Shown: positions 19,068 through 26,139 of the stretch, piece after piece
How the letters are laid out: every line of letters starts with the position of its first letter
Position numbering within the stretch: position 1 is the stretch's first letter
Virus record (IMG/VR): IMGVR_UViG_3300044568_003939
Strand: one strand, 5' to 3'
Source: a virus
DNA length: 64,000 nt
The notes under the pieces: generated by a model
The model's input: the letters and a program-made list of their open reading frames with translations, nothing else
What the model was told of the DNA's origin: nothing
Databases searched by the model: none
Program-made: the position numbers and the translations under genes

Positions 19068-19173
19068 ATTAGAGGTAAGTTGATATACAACACCTTCTAT
19101 AGCATTATGGTAATGCGCCGACATGATATGTTGGAGATTCCCGGGTTCAAATCCCGGAGAAGGGTGCTCTAAT
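19068..19173 (+). ncRNA. tRNA-like core (GAT loop) in an extended acceptor helix, no CCA
   Basis: Cloverleaf at 19091-19166 continued by ATTAGAG/CTCTAAT pairing. Confidence 0.5.
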
Positions 19174-19221
19174 AAACAACGAGGCGTCAGACCACGCCTA
19201 CAACATTGAGAAAATTTTAAT

Positions 19222-19296
19222 GGAGGTAAAGCTTTAATGGTGAAGCATCGAGCTTTTAACTCGAAGAACTGGGATCGTTACCCAGTGCCTCTACCA
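19222..19296 (+). tRNA. tRNA-Lys(TTT)
   Basis: TCGAG-CTTTTAA-CTCGA, ACCA. Confidence 0.85.
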
Positions 19297-19303
19297 ATTT
19301 CAT

Positions 19304-19378
19304 GGGGTTGTAGCATAACGGTAATGCACCTGCTTTGCAAGTAGTAGATTGTCAGTTCGAATCTGACTAGCTCCACCA
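19304..19378 (+). tRNA. tRNA-Ala(TGC)
   Basis: GGGG 5' end with G3:U70, TT-TGC-AA, ACCA. Confidence 0.85.
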
Positions 19379-19486
19379 ATTTCCCTTGGTATCTACCCGC
19401 AATTTGGGTATTGCTCACGAGTGTGAAGCAAGTCAGAAGTTAGGCTGGTCGCGACAGTAATCCTTCTGATGGCCAAGGCTCTTTTC

Positions 19487-19560
19487 GCGGGATTAGTTTA
19501 ATGGTAAAATGATAGTCTTCCAAACTGAAGTCGAGAGTTCAATTCTCTCATCCCGCACCA
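19487..19560 (+). tRNA. tRNA-Gly(TCC)
   Basis: GCGGGAT/ATCCCGC, CT-TCC-AA. Confidence 0.9.
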
Positions 19561-19568
19561 ATCACAAT

Positions 19569-19639
19569 GGGCGATCTCTGGCATGGAGGTCTAAAAACCG
19601 AAAGGTATCCTCTGGGTTCGATTCCCAGTCGCTCCACCA
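19569..19639 (+). ncRNA. Minimal tRNA-like RNA lacking a normal D arm and anticodon arm
   Basis: GGGCGA/TCGCTC acceptor, perfect T arm CTGGG-TTCGATT-CCCAG, ACCA. Confidence 0.55.
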
Positions 19640-19647
19640 ATCATAAC

Positions 19648-19722
19648 GGGCTGTTAGTAGAATGGATATAACGTTGCGCTACGAACGCAAAGATCTAGGT
19701 TCAATTCCTGGGCGGCCTACCA
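19648..19722 (+). tRNA. tRNA-Arg(ACG)
   Basis: TTGCG-CTACGAA-CGCAA, CCA. Confidence 0.85.
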
Positions 19723-19866
19723 ATTTTCGCTAATGTATTCGGGTACGATGCATCGGCAACTCTACCAGTGAAGCAAATCATATTTGCGAAGAATTCGTGA
19801 CCAGTGAAAGTCGGTTTAACGGTAGAGCAATTTTAATACATAGTGTAAAGGCATAAGATATAAAAA

Positions 19867-19943
19867 GATGCATTAGGGTAATTGGTTATCCCGCCACGCT
19901 TTCACCGTGGAGATTACGAGTTCAAATCTCGTATGCATTGCCA
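19867..19943 (+). tRNA. tRNA-Glu(TTC)
   Basis: CCACG-CTTTCAC-CGTGG, GCCA. Confidence 0.85.
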
Positions 19944-19950
19944 TTCTTTT

Positions 19951-20025
19951 GGGTCGTTCGTTCAACGGATAGGACTGAGGATTTCTACTCCTCCGATGCA
20001 GGTTCGATTCCTGCACGACCCACCA
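19951..20025 (+). tRNA. tRNA-Arg(TCT)
   Basis: GAGGA-TTTCTAC-TCCTC, ACCA. Confidence 0.85.
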
Positions 20026-20108
20026 TTTTCTGATACTGTGGTGGTATCGCTTACAGGAGTTTTCGGTCCCTACACTGTGTCTTTGCTACACGGAACCGAT
20101 AAATTTTT

Positions 20109-20185
20109 GAAGATGTAGCTCAGCTGGTTAGAGCACTTGCCTGTCGAGCAAGACGTCGTGGGTTCGAGCCCCATCATTTTCGCCA
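20109..20185 (+). tRNA. tRNA-Asp(GTC)
   Basis: CTTGC-CTGTCGA-GCAAG, GCCA. Confidence 0.85.
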
Positions 20186-20196
20186 TTCTTTTCATT

Positions 20197-20273
20197 GGCC
20201 GTGTAGCCGAATTGGTATAGGCAGCGAACTTAAAATTCGTAATCTGTCGGTTCGAGTCCGACCATGGCTACCA
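20197..20273 (+). tRNA. tRNA-Leu(TAA), short variable loop
   Basis: GCGAA-CTTAAAA-TTCGT, ACCA. Confidence 0.85.
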
Positions 20274-20333
20274 TTTTATAGCTTAAAGGTTAATGCAACA
20301 AACTCTGAAATTATGATTTGTATAAATACTTTT

Positions 20334-20963
20334 ATGTTATATACAATCTATCAAGTAACCAATTTGCTTAACAGCAAGATATACATTGGAAAGCATCAGA
20401 CAACTAATCCTGATGACTCTTATTATGGTTCAGGTGTTGCACTGAAGAAAAGTATTGCTAAACATGGTAAAGATAACTTTAAGAAGGCGGTATTATTTGT
20501 ATTTCAAACCGAAGAGGAAATGAATGCAAAGGAAACAGAATTGATTACTGAAGAATTTGTTGCTCGTAGCGATACATACAACATGGGAGTGGGTGGTGAA
20601 GGCGGCGCTCATTTTAAAGGCAAATCTCATTCGGCTGAAACTGTTGAACGTATCAAACAATCACTTGGTTCTGATGAGAATAAACAAAAACTCATTGAAG
20701 CTGGACGTAAAGCAGGCTCTTTATCCAAAGGAAGAAAGTTAAGTGCAACTGCTCGACAGAATATGTCTGACGCTCAGAGAAAAGCTATCTCCGATGAGAC
20801 CAAGAAAAAAATTTCAGAATCATTAAAGAAATTTAATGAAGAAAATCCAGGCCACCTCAAAGGTCTAGTAAAAAGAAAACGCAAACCTTTAAGTGAAGAA
20901 ACTAAGGAAAAGCTTAGACAAATTCAACTTAAACGTTGGCAAAATAAAAGGCTCGTAGCTTAG
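20334..20963 (+). CDS. Free-standing GIY-YIG homing endonuclease with NUMOD3-like repeats (Seg-like)
   Basis: YTIYQVTNLLNSKIYIGKH...YYGSG...YNMGVGGEGG; SEETKKKIS-type repeats; late promoter at 20321. Confidence 0.85.
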   Translation: MLYTIYQVTNLLNSKIYIGKHQTTNPDDSYYGSGVALKKSIAKHGKDNFKKAVLFVFQTEEEMNAKETELITEEFVARSDTYNMGVGGEGGAHFKGKSHSAETVERIKQSLGSDENKQKLIEAGRKAGSLSKGRKLSATARQNMSDAQRKAISDETKKKISESLKKFNEENPGHLKGLVKRKRKPLSEETKEKLRQIQLKRWQNKRLVA

Positions 20964-21026
20964 CGGTTTTAAAGCGTTCGACTCATAATCGAAGGATCCT
21001 CGGTTCGAGTCCGAGCGGGCCCACCA
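20949..21026 (+). tRNA. tRNA(CAT), Ile2/Met type; overlaps the endonuclease stop codon
   Basis: TTCGA-CTCATAA-TCGAA, T arm, ACCA. Confidence 0.8.
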
Positions 21027-21272
21027 TTTTATATACCGTCTCGCGGCGTCACCGCTAGTGTGTTCACGAAAGAACGTAACAAAACGGCAAGTTGTTACCC
21101 ATATGAAAGAAGCTTGTAGCGCAAGTAAAAATCGTAAGCCAAACGTTGAAGTGATGTTCAACAAAGGGTGCCCCGGCAGTTTGATGCCGTTATCTCGCAA
21201 TTTGCTGGAGCATGCGTTAAGCATTGCGCAGAAGGCAAATGATGCAATTCGTTGCAGCGAGAATCATTTACT

Positions 21273-21409
21273 TTTATTGTTAAAGCATCTTTGGTTGATG
21301 CTGTCTGCCCAGACTATGACAATACACCGAACGCTGATCATGTTCAAGTGTGTAATGTAAAATGTGCTCATAGGCGCGTGAGGTGGTTCAATTCCACAGA
21401 CAATAAACA
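21273..21409 (+). ncRNA. Expanded tRNA-like RNA, copy B
   Basis: Homolog of 18464-18610 with compensatory changes. Confidence 0.7.
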
Positions 21410-21615
21410 TTTTTACAATGGAAATCGGTGAGTTAGGTGCATATTAGGTTATGCATACAGGCTTGAAATTCCGTGTGGGTCAATATCCATACATTGTAAA
21501 TATAAAAAGCCATATGAAGGTTACGGGCTTCCTTCTCCAGCTATAAGGATTCATATAGCTAGTGCCAGTCCTGCATAACGCATTGAGAGTGCATACTCTA
21601 TGGACAAATTTTCAA

Positions 21616-21690
21616 TGGCTAGAGGGAATCTGGCGAGTGAATTCATAACGGGGTGCGACTCCCCGAGATTCCACAAACACTCTAGCCACC
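21616..21690 (+). ncRNA. CCA-ending RNA with a T-arm-like hairpin but non-cloverleaf topology
   Basis: GGCTAGAG/CTCTAGCC-ACCA; GGAATCT/AGATTCC; CGGGG-TGCGACT-CCCCG. Confidence 0.55.
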
Positions 21691-22084
21691 ATTTTTGGGT
21701 ATCACTCCTCTGATAGGGAGAAGAAAAGAACAAGTCCCTGCGCTAGCAATGCAAACCCTAACACCTGAATTGACAGGAACCCACCTTTTTTAGAAGAGTA
21801 ACATAACGGCAGTTATGGTTGAGGTTCGAATCCCCATTTGTTGGAAACAACAATCTGGCGACTTATATTGGTTCAATTCCAATCTCTTCTGCATTTTTAG
21901 ATATGTAAAGGGAAGGACGTTCAGTTAGTCCTATAGTTTGCAAACTCCCGCAATCAAACTTTATGCCATATCTATTTTTCAATGCAACACGCAACCGTAT
22001 AGGTTGCTTCGATATAGGAATAGTCATAAAAGCTTAATGACGTACCATATCTGAGAGGTTTTGACACCAGTGCTTGCTCCAATT

Positions 22085-22310
22085 TTAACATCGGCGTGGA
22101 AAGCAGACACGCAGGAAAATGTGGTTGGTATGAAAGTGCTCTTGGAGATACACCGAGATGAGAGCATGAGTAGGCCGACCTTGACCGAAGAGAAGAGCCG
22201 TGTATGGCGAGTAAACAGAATGCAAACCAACTCCGAATCGAGATTGAGAGGCATGTCCTGTTGGTAGTAATAACTACGTCTAATCAGAGTAGCGCCTGAT
22301 ATGTTAAACA
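22085..22310 (+). ncRNA. Giant tRNA-like RNA (~225 nt) with a large insert at the anticodon position
   Basis: TTAACAT/ATGTTAA, GCGTG/CACGC, CAGGA/TCCTG, GTAG/CTAC and ATCAG/CTGAT arms. Confidence 0.5.
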
Positions 22311-22811
22311 TTTTCTACTGCTCCAGCAGCGACCGTTCGCTACGGAAACTGTAAAGCATGGCTTACAACACTGGAGGAAGGAAGCCACAAAGCACCTGTC
22401 TGTTAAATGCGCGGTTCTTCCGCAATAGGGTGTAAAGATGACAGCCGGAAAGACGGCACAACGTCAGCAGGAAAAGCAGGTTCAATGCCTGTCGCGAATG
22501 GCCATAAACCTCAGCGGGCCGGTAGGGATCGGACTGACACCTTTATCTGTCGAGAATATCTACACACGGCTGTGAAGACCTATGCTGATGATCCGTCTGA
22601 GGCGATGTAAATCGCTACAAAGTGGCCCTTCCATGATTCAGCGAAGATGCTGTATATACGTGAGGGGTATATGCATATACAGGTCTGACAGATAAACAAT
22701 TTTTGCGTCCTATGCGTTTTCTCACCGTTTTTGCGACGATGCAATTGAAGCGCAATGAGCGGAAAAAACGGATCAGGTTAGAGGTTATCCAGTAAAAACC
22801 TCACCAATTTT

Positions 22812-23033
22812 ATGACAAACAAACAAGTAACATTATACAAAGGAACTCGTGAAGAGTTTGAAGCAAAATATGAAGATTACAAACCAGTGGGAAAATCATT
22901 CAAAGAACAATTGGATGCTATTCAATCTATTGGAATGGTATTTTATTTTTTAGAAACATCAACTAAGGATGAAGAAGGTAATTATCTAATAAATCGTTTA
23001 GTTGAAAATGATTTCATTATAATCGCATCATAA
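22812..23033 (+). CDS. Hypothetical protein inside the RNA array
   Basis: 73-aa AT-rich ORF with typical phage codon usage. Confidence 0.55.
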   Translation: MTNKQVTLYKGTREEFEAKYEDYKPVGKSFKEQLDAIQSIGMVFYFLETSTKDEEGNYLINRLVENDFIIIAS

Positions 23034-23279
23034 ACAATTTTGCGGTCATTGAGGGGTATTCGTCACTAAGACGTTTGTGCAAGGTAGTCAACATAAAACG
23101 CACGATTCAGCGATGAGTTAATGCAGTTGATAGAAATCGAGTCTTTCGAGGCGATTATTCGGTTGGGAACACATTGCACGATATAGCGACCTGAGCCGCA
23201 AACCCATTTCCAATTACCTGACTGCAAGCGGCTATACCTGATAAAGTAGTGCGCAGTAGGTCAGGAATTGGTCAATTTT

Positions 23280-23348
23280 ATGAGAGGATCATACGGAGAT
23301 CGCTAGGCCCATAGTCTAGAGAGGAGGTTAAATTCCTTCCCCTCATAA
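23280..23348 (+). tRNA. Degenerate tRNA-like element (CAT loop), no CCA
   Basis: CTAGG-CCCATAG-TCTAG; T-like arm GAGG-TTAAATT-CCTT. Confidence 0.4.
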
Positions 23349-23650
23349 TTCGTATTCATACGCGATAAAGTATGACGCTGCTAAGAGTGTATCCTTAGAT
23401 AGTCCCAGCCCTGGATGAGTCGTAGGCCGTAATGCTATGGGCACATCATTTTCTATCGTGCGTTTTGATCGCCCGAAGTATTCGAGGAAAACAGACTGGA
23501 AGGTAGTCTATATACACATTGAGTATGTAGGTGTTCGGCGAGACAGTACTTGTAGAAAAGTGAAGAGGGATCAATGAAAAGTGAGAGTCTGCAAAACGAC
23601 ACCACACCTCTTCAGCGATAGAAAAACTTTCGTATATATAACTATACAAA

Positions 23651-23737
23651 TCCACTGTACCCTAATGGCAAGGGACCGCACTGTTAATGCGGCGTATATC
23701 CGAGAGGATTATGAAGGTTCGAGTCCTTCTGGTGGAG
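23651..23737 (+). tRNA. tRNA-Asn(GTT) with long variable arm
   Basis: TCCACTG/TGGTGGA-G, CCGCA-CTGTTAA-TGCGG, ATCC-gaga-GGAT variable hairpin. Confidence 0.75.
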
Positions 23738-23766
23738 CCCTTTATTATTAACGACTTATATATAAT

Positions 23767-23841
23767 GGCTCATACGCATAGAAAGCGATGCACCGGATTT
23801 GTAACCCGGATAGGAGTGTGCATGTCACTCATGAGCCTCCA
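23767..23841 (+). tRNA. tRNA-Thr(TGT), non-canonical T loop
   Basis: GGCTCAT/ATGAGCC, TT-TGT-AA, TCCA. Confidence 0.75.
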
Positions 23842-23848
23842 CTTTTAT

Positions 23849-23929
23849 GCAGGCGTTAGCGTAGCGGCCGAACGCACCTGATTTACATTCAGGCAATCAC
23901 CGCAGGTTCGAATCCTGCCGCCTGTACCA
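23849..23929 (+). tRNA. tRNA-Val(TAC)
   Basis: CCTGA-TTTACAT-TCAGG, ACCA. Confidence 0.8.
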
Positions 23930-23953
23930 TTTCATAAGATGTATATATACTTT

Positions 23954-24589
23954 ATGAGAAAATTCATTTTGTTTTTAGCGCTGATGGCTGCCGTTCAATC
24001 ATGCGCACCACAAAAAGAAACGCTGTTGTTGTCAAACCCACCAGTTGCACAGCTTGTGGCTCCATCGGTTGAAAAAGCAATCAGTGTTAAAAACAAAATC
24101 AACAAAACGGTTGACTCACAGCGTGTTAATATAACAGCGGTTGACTCTGACATCAAACAGTCTATAGCGTATGCAGTGTTGGTCAAACCATACACTGATG
24201 TGGATGCAAATGGCACCACGCATTATTCAGCCTTGATTCGTTACTTAAATAGTGCCGACACACATATACAACTGCTTACAGCTGCAAACACAGCCTTGAT
24301 TGCCGATGAGCAATCGCTGCAAACTCTTTTGGATGCTAGTTTATCAGCCGCACAAAACAAGGATGCCGAAGCTGCGTCACTGATTGCAGCTGCCGCTAAT
24401 AAAGACTTAGTGATAGCTGAAGGTAAGATCAAACTTAATGCCGCGCTTGCTAAAGCTCGTGTGTTAGAGCTTGATCTTGAAAACGCTGCAGCCTATAAGA
24501 AAGGCGTGGTTGCATTGGTTGCTCTAATTTTTCTCTATTTTATTTTCCGAGCAGTTGCTAGCATATGGTCGCCATTCTCTAAATTTTAA
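23954..24589 (+). CDS. Lipoprotein with coiled coil and C-terminal TM helix (unimolecular-spanin-like topology)
   Basis: MRKFILFLALMAAVQS-C lipobox-like signal; Ala-rich helical middle; GVVALVALIFLYFIF. Confidence 0.5.
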   Translation: MRKFILFLALMAAVQSCAPQKETLLLSNPPVAQLVAPSVEKAISVKNKINKTVDSQRVNITAVDSDIKQSIAYAVLVKPYTDVDANGTTHYSALIRYLNSADTHIQLLTAANTALIADEQSLQTLLDASLSAAQNKDAEAASLIAAAANKDLVIAEGKIKLNAALAKARVLELDLENAAAYKKGVVALVALIFLYFIFRAVASIWSPFSKF

Positions 24590-24613
24590 TATAGTATAAA
24601 TACAATTTCTAAA

Positions 24614-24688
24614 GGGGATATAGCTCAGCGGTAGAGCAGATCACTTGCACTGATAAGGTCTGCAGTTCGATCCTGCATATCTCCACCA
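24614..24688 (+). tRNA. tRNA-Ala(TGC), second copy
   Basis: GGGGATA/TATCTCC with G3:U70, CT-TGC-AC. Confidence 0.85.
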
Positions 24689-24691
24689 AAT

Positions 24692-24765
24692 GCGTTGTTC
24701 GTCTAATGGTAAGACTATTGATTCCAAACCAATAAACGTGGGTTCGATTCCTACACAACGTGCCA
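24692..24765 (+). tRNA. tRNA-Trp(CCA)
   Basis: TT-CCA-AA loop, G73, CCA. Confidence 0.75.
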
Positions 24766-24770
24766 TTTTT

Positions 24771-24845
24771 CCCTACTTAGCTGAGGCGGATTAGCGCAAG
24801 ACTGAAAATCTTGAAAGGTTGGATCGTTACCAACAGTAGGGGCCA
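24771..24845 (+). tRNA. tRNA-Phe(GAA)
   Basis: CAAGA-CTGAAAA-TCTTG, CCA. Confidence 0.85.
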
Positions 24846-24858
24846 TTTTTTTATATAC

Positions 24859-24930
24859 GGAAGTTGTCCGGTTGGTCGAGGACACTGTCTTGAAAACGGA
24901 AGAGGGCGACGAGCTCTCCGTGGGTTCAAA
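24859..24930 (+). pseudogene. Truncated tRNA-Ser(TGA), broken in the T loop
   Basis: GGAAGTTG 5' end, CT-TGA-AA, variable arm, GTGGGTTCAAA, then no 3' T stem or acceptor. Confidence 0.75.
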
Positions 24931-24954
24931 GGTTCGTTTTGTATAAATAAACCC

Positions 24955-25800
24955 ATGGACTATAAGCGAATCTATAATGACCTTATTACATATCGTCAAA
25001 ATAATGTATTGTCTAATGGTTATATTGAAAAACATCATATAATTCCAAGATCGTTAGGTGGAAGCAATGATAAAGAAAACATTGTTTCATTAAGCGGGAG
25101 AGAACATTATATTGCACATTTATTACTTGCTCGATTTAATCGTTGTAGTAAAACGGCATATGCTCTTTGGATGATGCAGATGAAAAATTCTAAAGATTGT
25201 GATCGCCCTCGTATCAAGAGCGGCAGAATGTATGAATGGATTCGTAAGGAAATCATTAAGTATACTTCAAGGAATAATAGGATTACATCTAAAGGCGAAC
25301 GTAATAGCCAACATGGTACACGTTGGATTTGTAACATCAAATTGCAAGAAAACCGAAAGGTGAGTAAAGACGAACTTATTCTTGATGGATGGATTCTTGG
25401 GCGTAATAAATGGGTTGTCAGTACTTATGTTCCAAAGAAATATATTAACATATGTAATTTAGTTCTTCAATCAAATTCACGTATTATTTACGGCGAAGAT
25501 ATTCCCGATGGATGGGTAAAAGGAAAAAATAAATGGTTAACCCGTAAAAGAAAAGATACCAAGACTAGAGTTAAGAAAACTAGAGCCGAACTTAAATTTT
25601 TAAGTGATGAAAAACTCAAAGGATTGGCAAAAACATTATGGGCTGAATTTTTTATTAGTAATCATGAGTCTCTTAATTCTTTTGCAAAAGAAAAAGGCTT
25701 AATAAGAATGACAATAAAAGGATGGTTTAAAAAGTATATACCTGAGTATCCATCAGATATTACAACCAAATCATTAAAGAAACATATAACGGGTACTTAA
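24955..25800 (+). CDS. Free-standing HNH homing endonuclease
   Basis: MDYKRIYNDLI...YIEKHHIIPRSLGGSNDKENIVSLSGREHYIAHLLL; late promoter at 24942. Confidence 0.85.
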   Translation: MDYKRIYNDLITYRQNNVLSNGYIEKHHIIPRSLGGSNDKENIVSLSGREHYIAHLLLARFNRCSKTAYALWMMQMKNSKDCDRPRIKSGRMYEWIRKEIIKYTSRNNRITSKGERNSQHGTRWICNIKLQENRKVSKDELILDGWILGRNKWVVSTYVPKKYINICNLVLQSNSRIIYGEDIPDGWVKGKNKWLTRKRKDTKTRVKKTRAELKFLSDEKLKGLAKTLWAEFFISNHESLNSFAKEKGLIRMTIKGWFKKYIPEYPSDITTKSLKKHITGT

Positions 25801-25880
25801 CCAGAACGGCTTCTGGGACCGCCTTGAAAGCGAATCGTGGGATTATATCTCATGGGGATCGACACCTCAGGTACCCGCCA
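25791..25880 (+). tRNA. tRNA-Ser(TGA), intact; overlaps the HNH stop codon
   Basis: GGGTACT/GGTACCC-GCCA, CT-TGA-AA, long variable arm. Confidence 0.8.
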
Positions 25881-25934
25881 TTTTAAAACCATATCTTTAT
25901 AAGAAAAAGGATAATGTTGAATTTGGCGTTTAAT

Positions 25935-26011
25935 GCAAGTGTAGCCCAATTGGCAGAGGCGACAGATTTAGGATCTGTATAGTGTAGGTTCGAGTCCTAT
26001 CACTTGTACCA
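25935..26011 (+). tRNA. tRNA-Leu(TAG)
   Basis: ACAGA-TTTAGGA-TCTGT, ACCA. Confidence 0.85.
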
Positions 26012-26021
26012 TTTTTTTATA

Positions 26022-26096
26022 CGCACAGAGGGTGACTGGATAATCGACAGCCTGCAAAACTGTTTTTAGTGAGTTCGATTCTCACCTGTGCGTCCA
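26022..26096 (+). tRNA. tRNA-Cys(GCA)
   Basis: CGCACAG/CTGTGCG, CT-GCA-AA, U73-CCA. Confidence 0.8.
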
Positions 26097-26139
26097 TTTT
26101 AAACTTATTGTCAAAATCAAAATGTTATAAATACGGTAT

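Noticed and set aside
19585-19600. Amber suppressor or pyrrolysine tRNA (CTA in the loop) and genome recoding
   Set aside because: CTA cannot be centred in a 7-nt loop on a paired stem, and long genes read intact in the standard code with TAG and TGA used as stops.
22584-22625. Hammerhead ribozyme (CTGATGA)
   Set aside because: No stem II followed by GAAA, and no matching cleavage triplet was found.
17680-23650. RNase P RNA, SRP RNA or a group I intron
   Set aside because: No GAGGAAAGTCC P4 signature, SRP helix-8 motif or group I P7 core was recognised by eye; a covariance-model scan is needed to exclude divergent forms.
16700-23900. Short ORF-track entries across the RNA region (e.g. 18318, 19882, 21058, 22061, 22407, 23687)
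   Set aside because: They overlap tRNAs or structured units and lack phage-like codon usage, so they are likely spurious.
24811-24954. N-terminal extension of the HNH ORF
   Set aside because: It overlaps tRNA-Phe and the truncated tRNA-Ser; the real start is the ATG at 24955 after TATAAATA.
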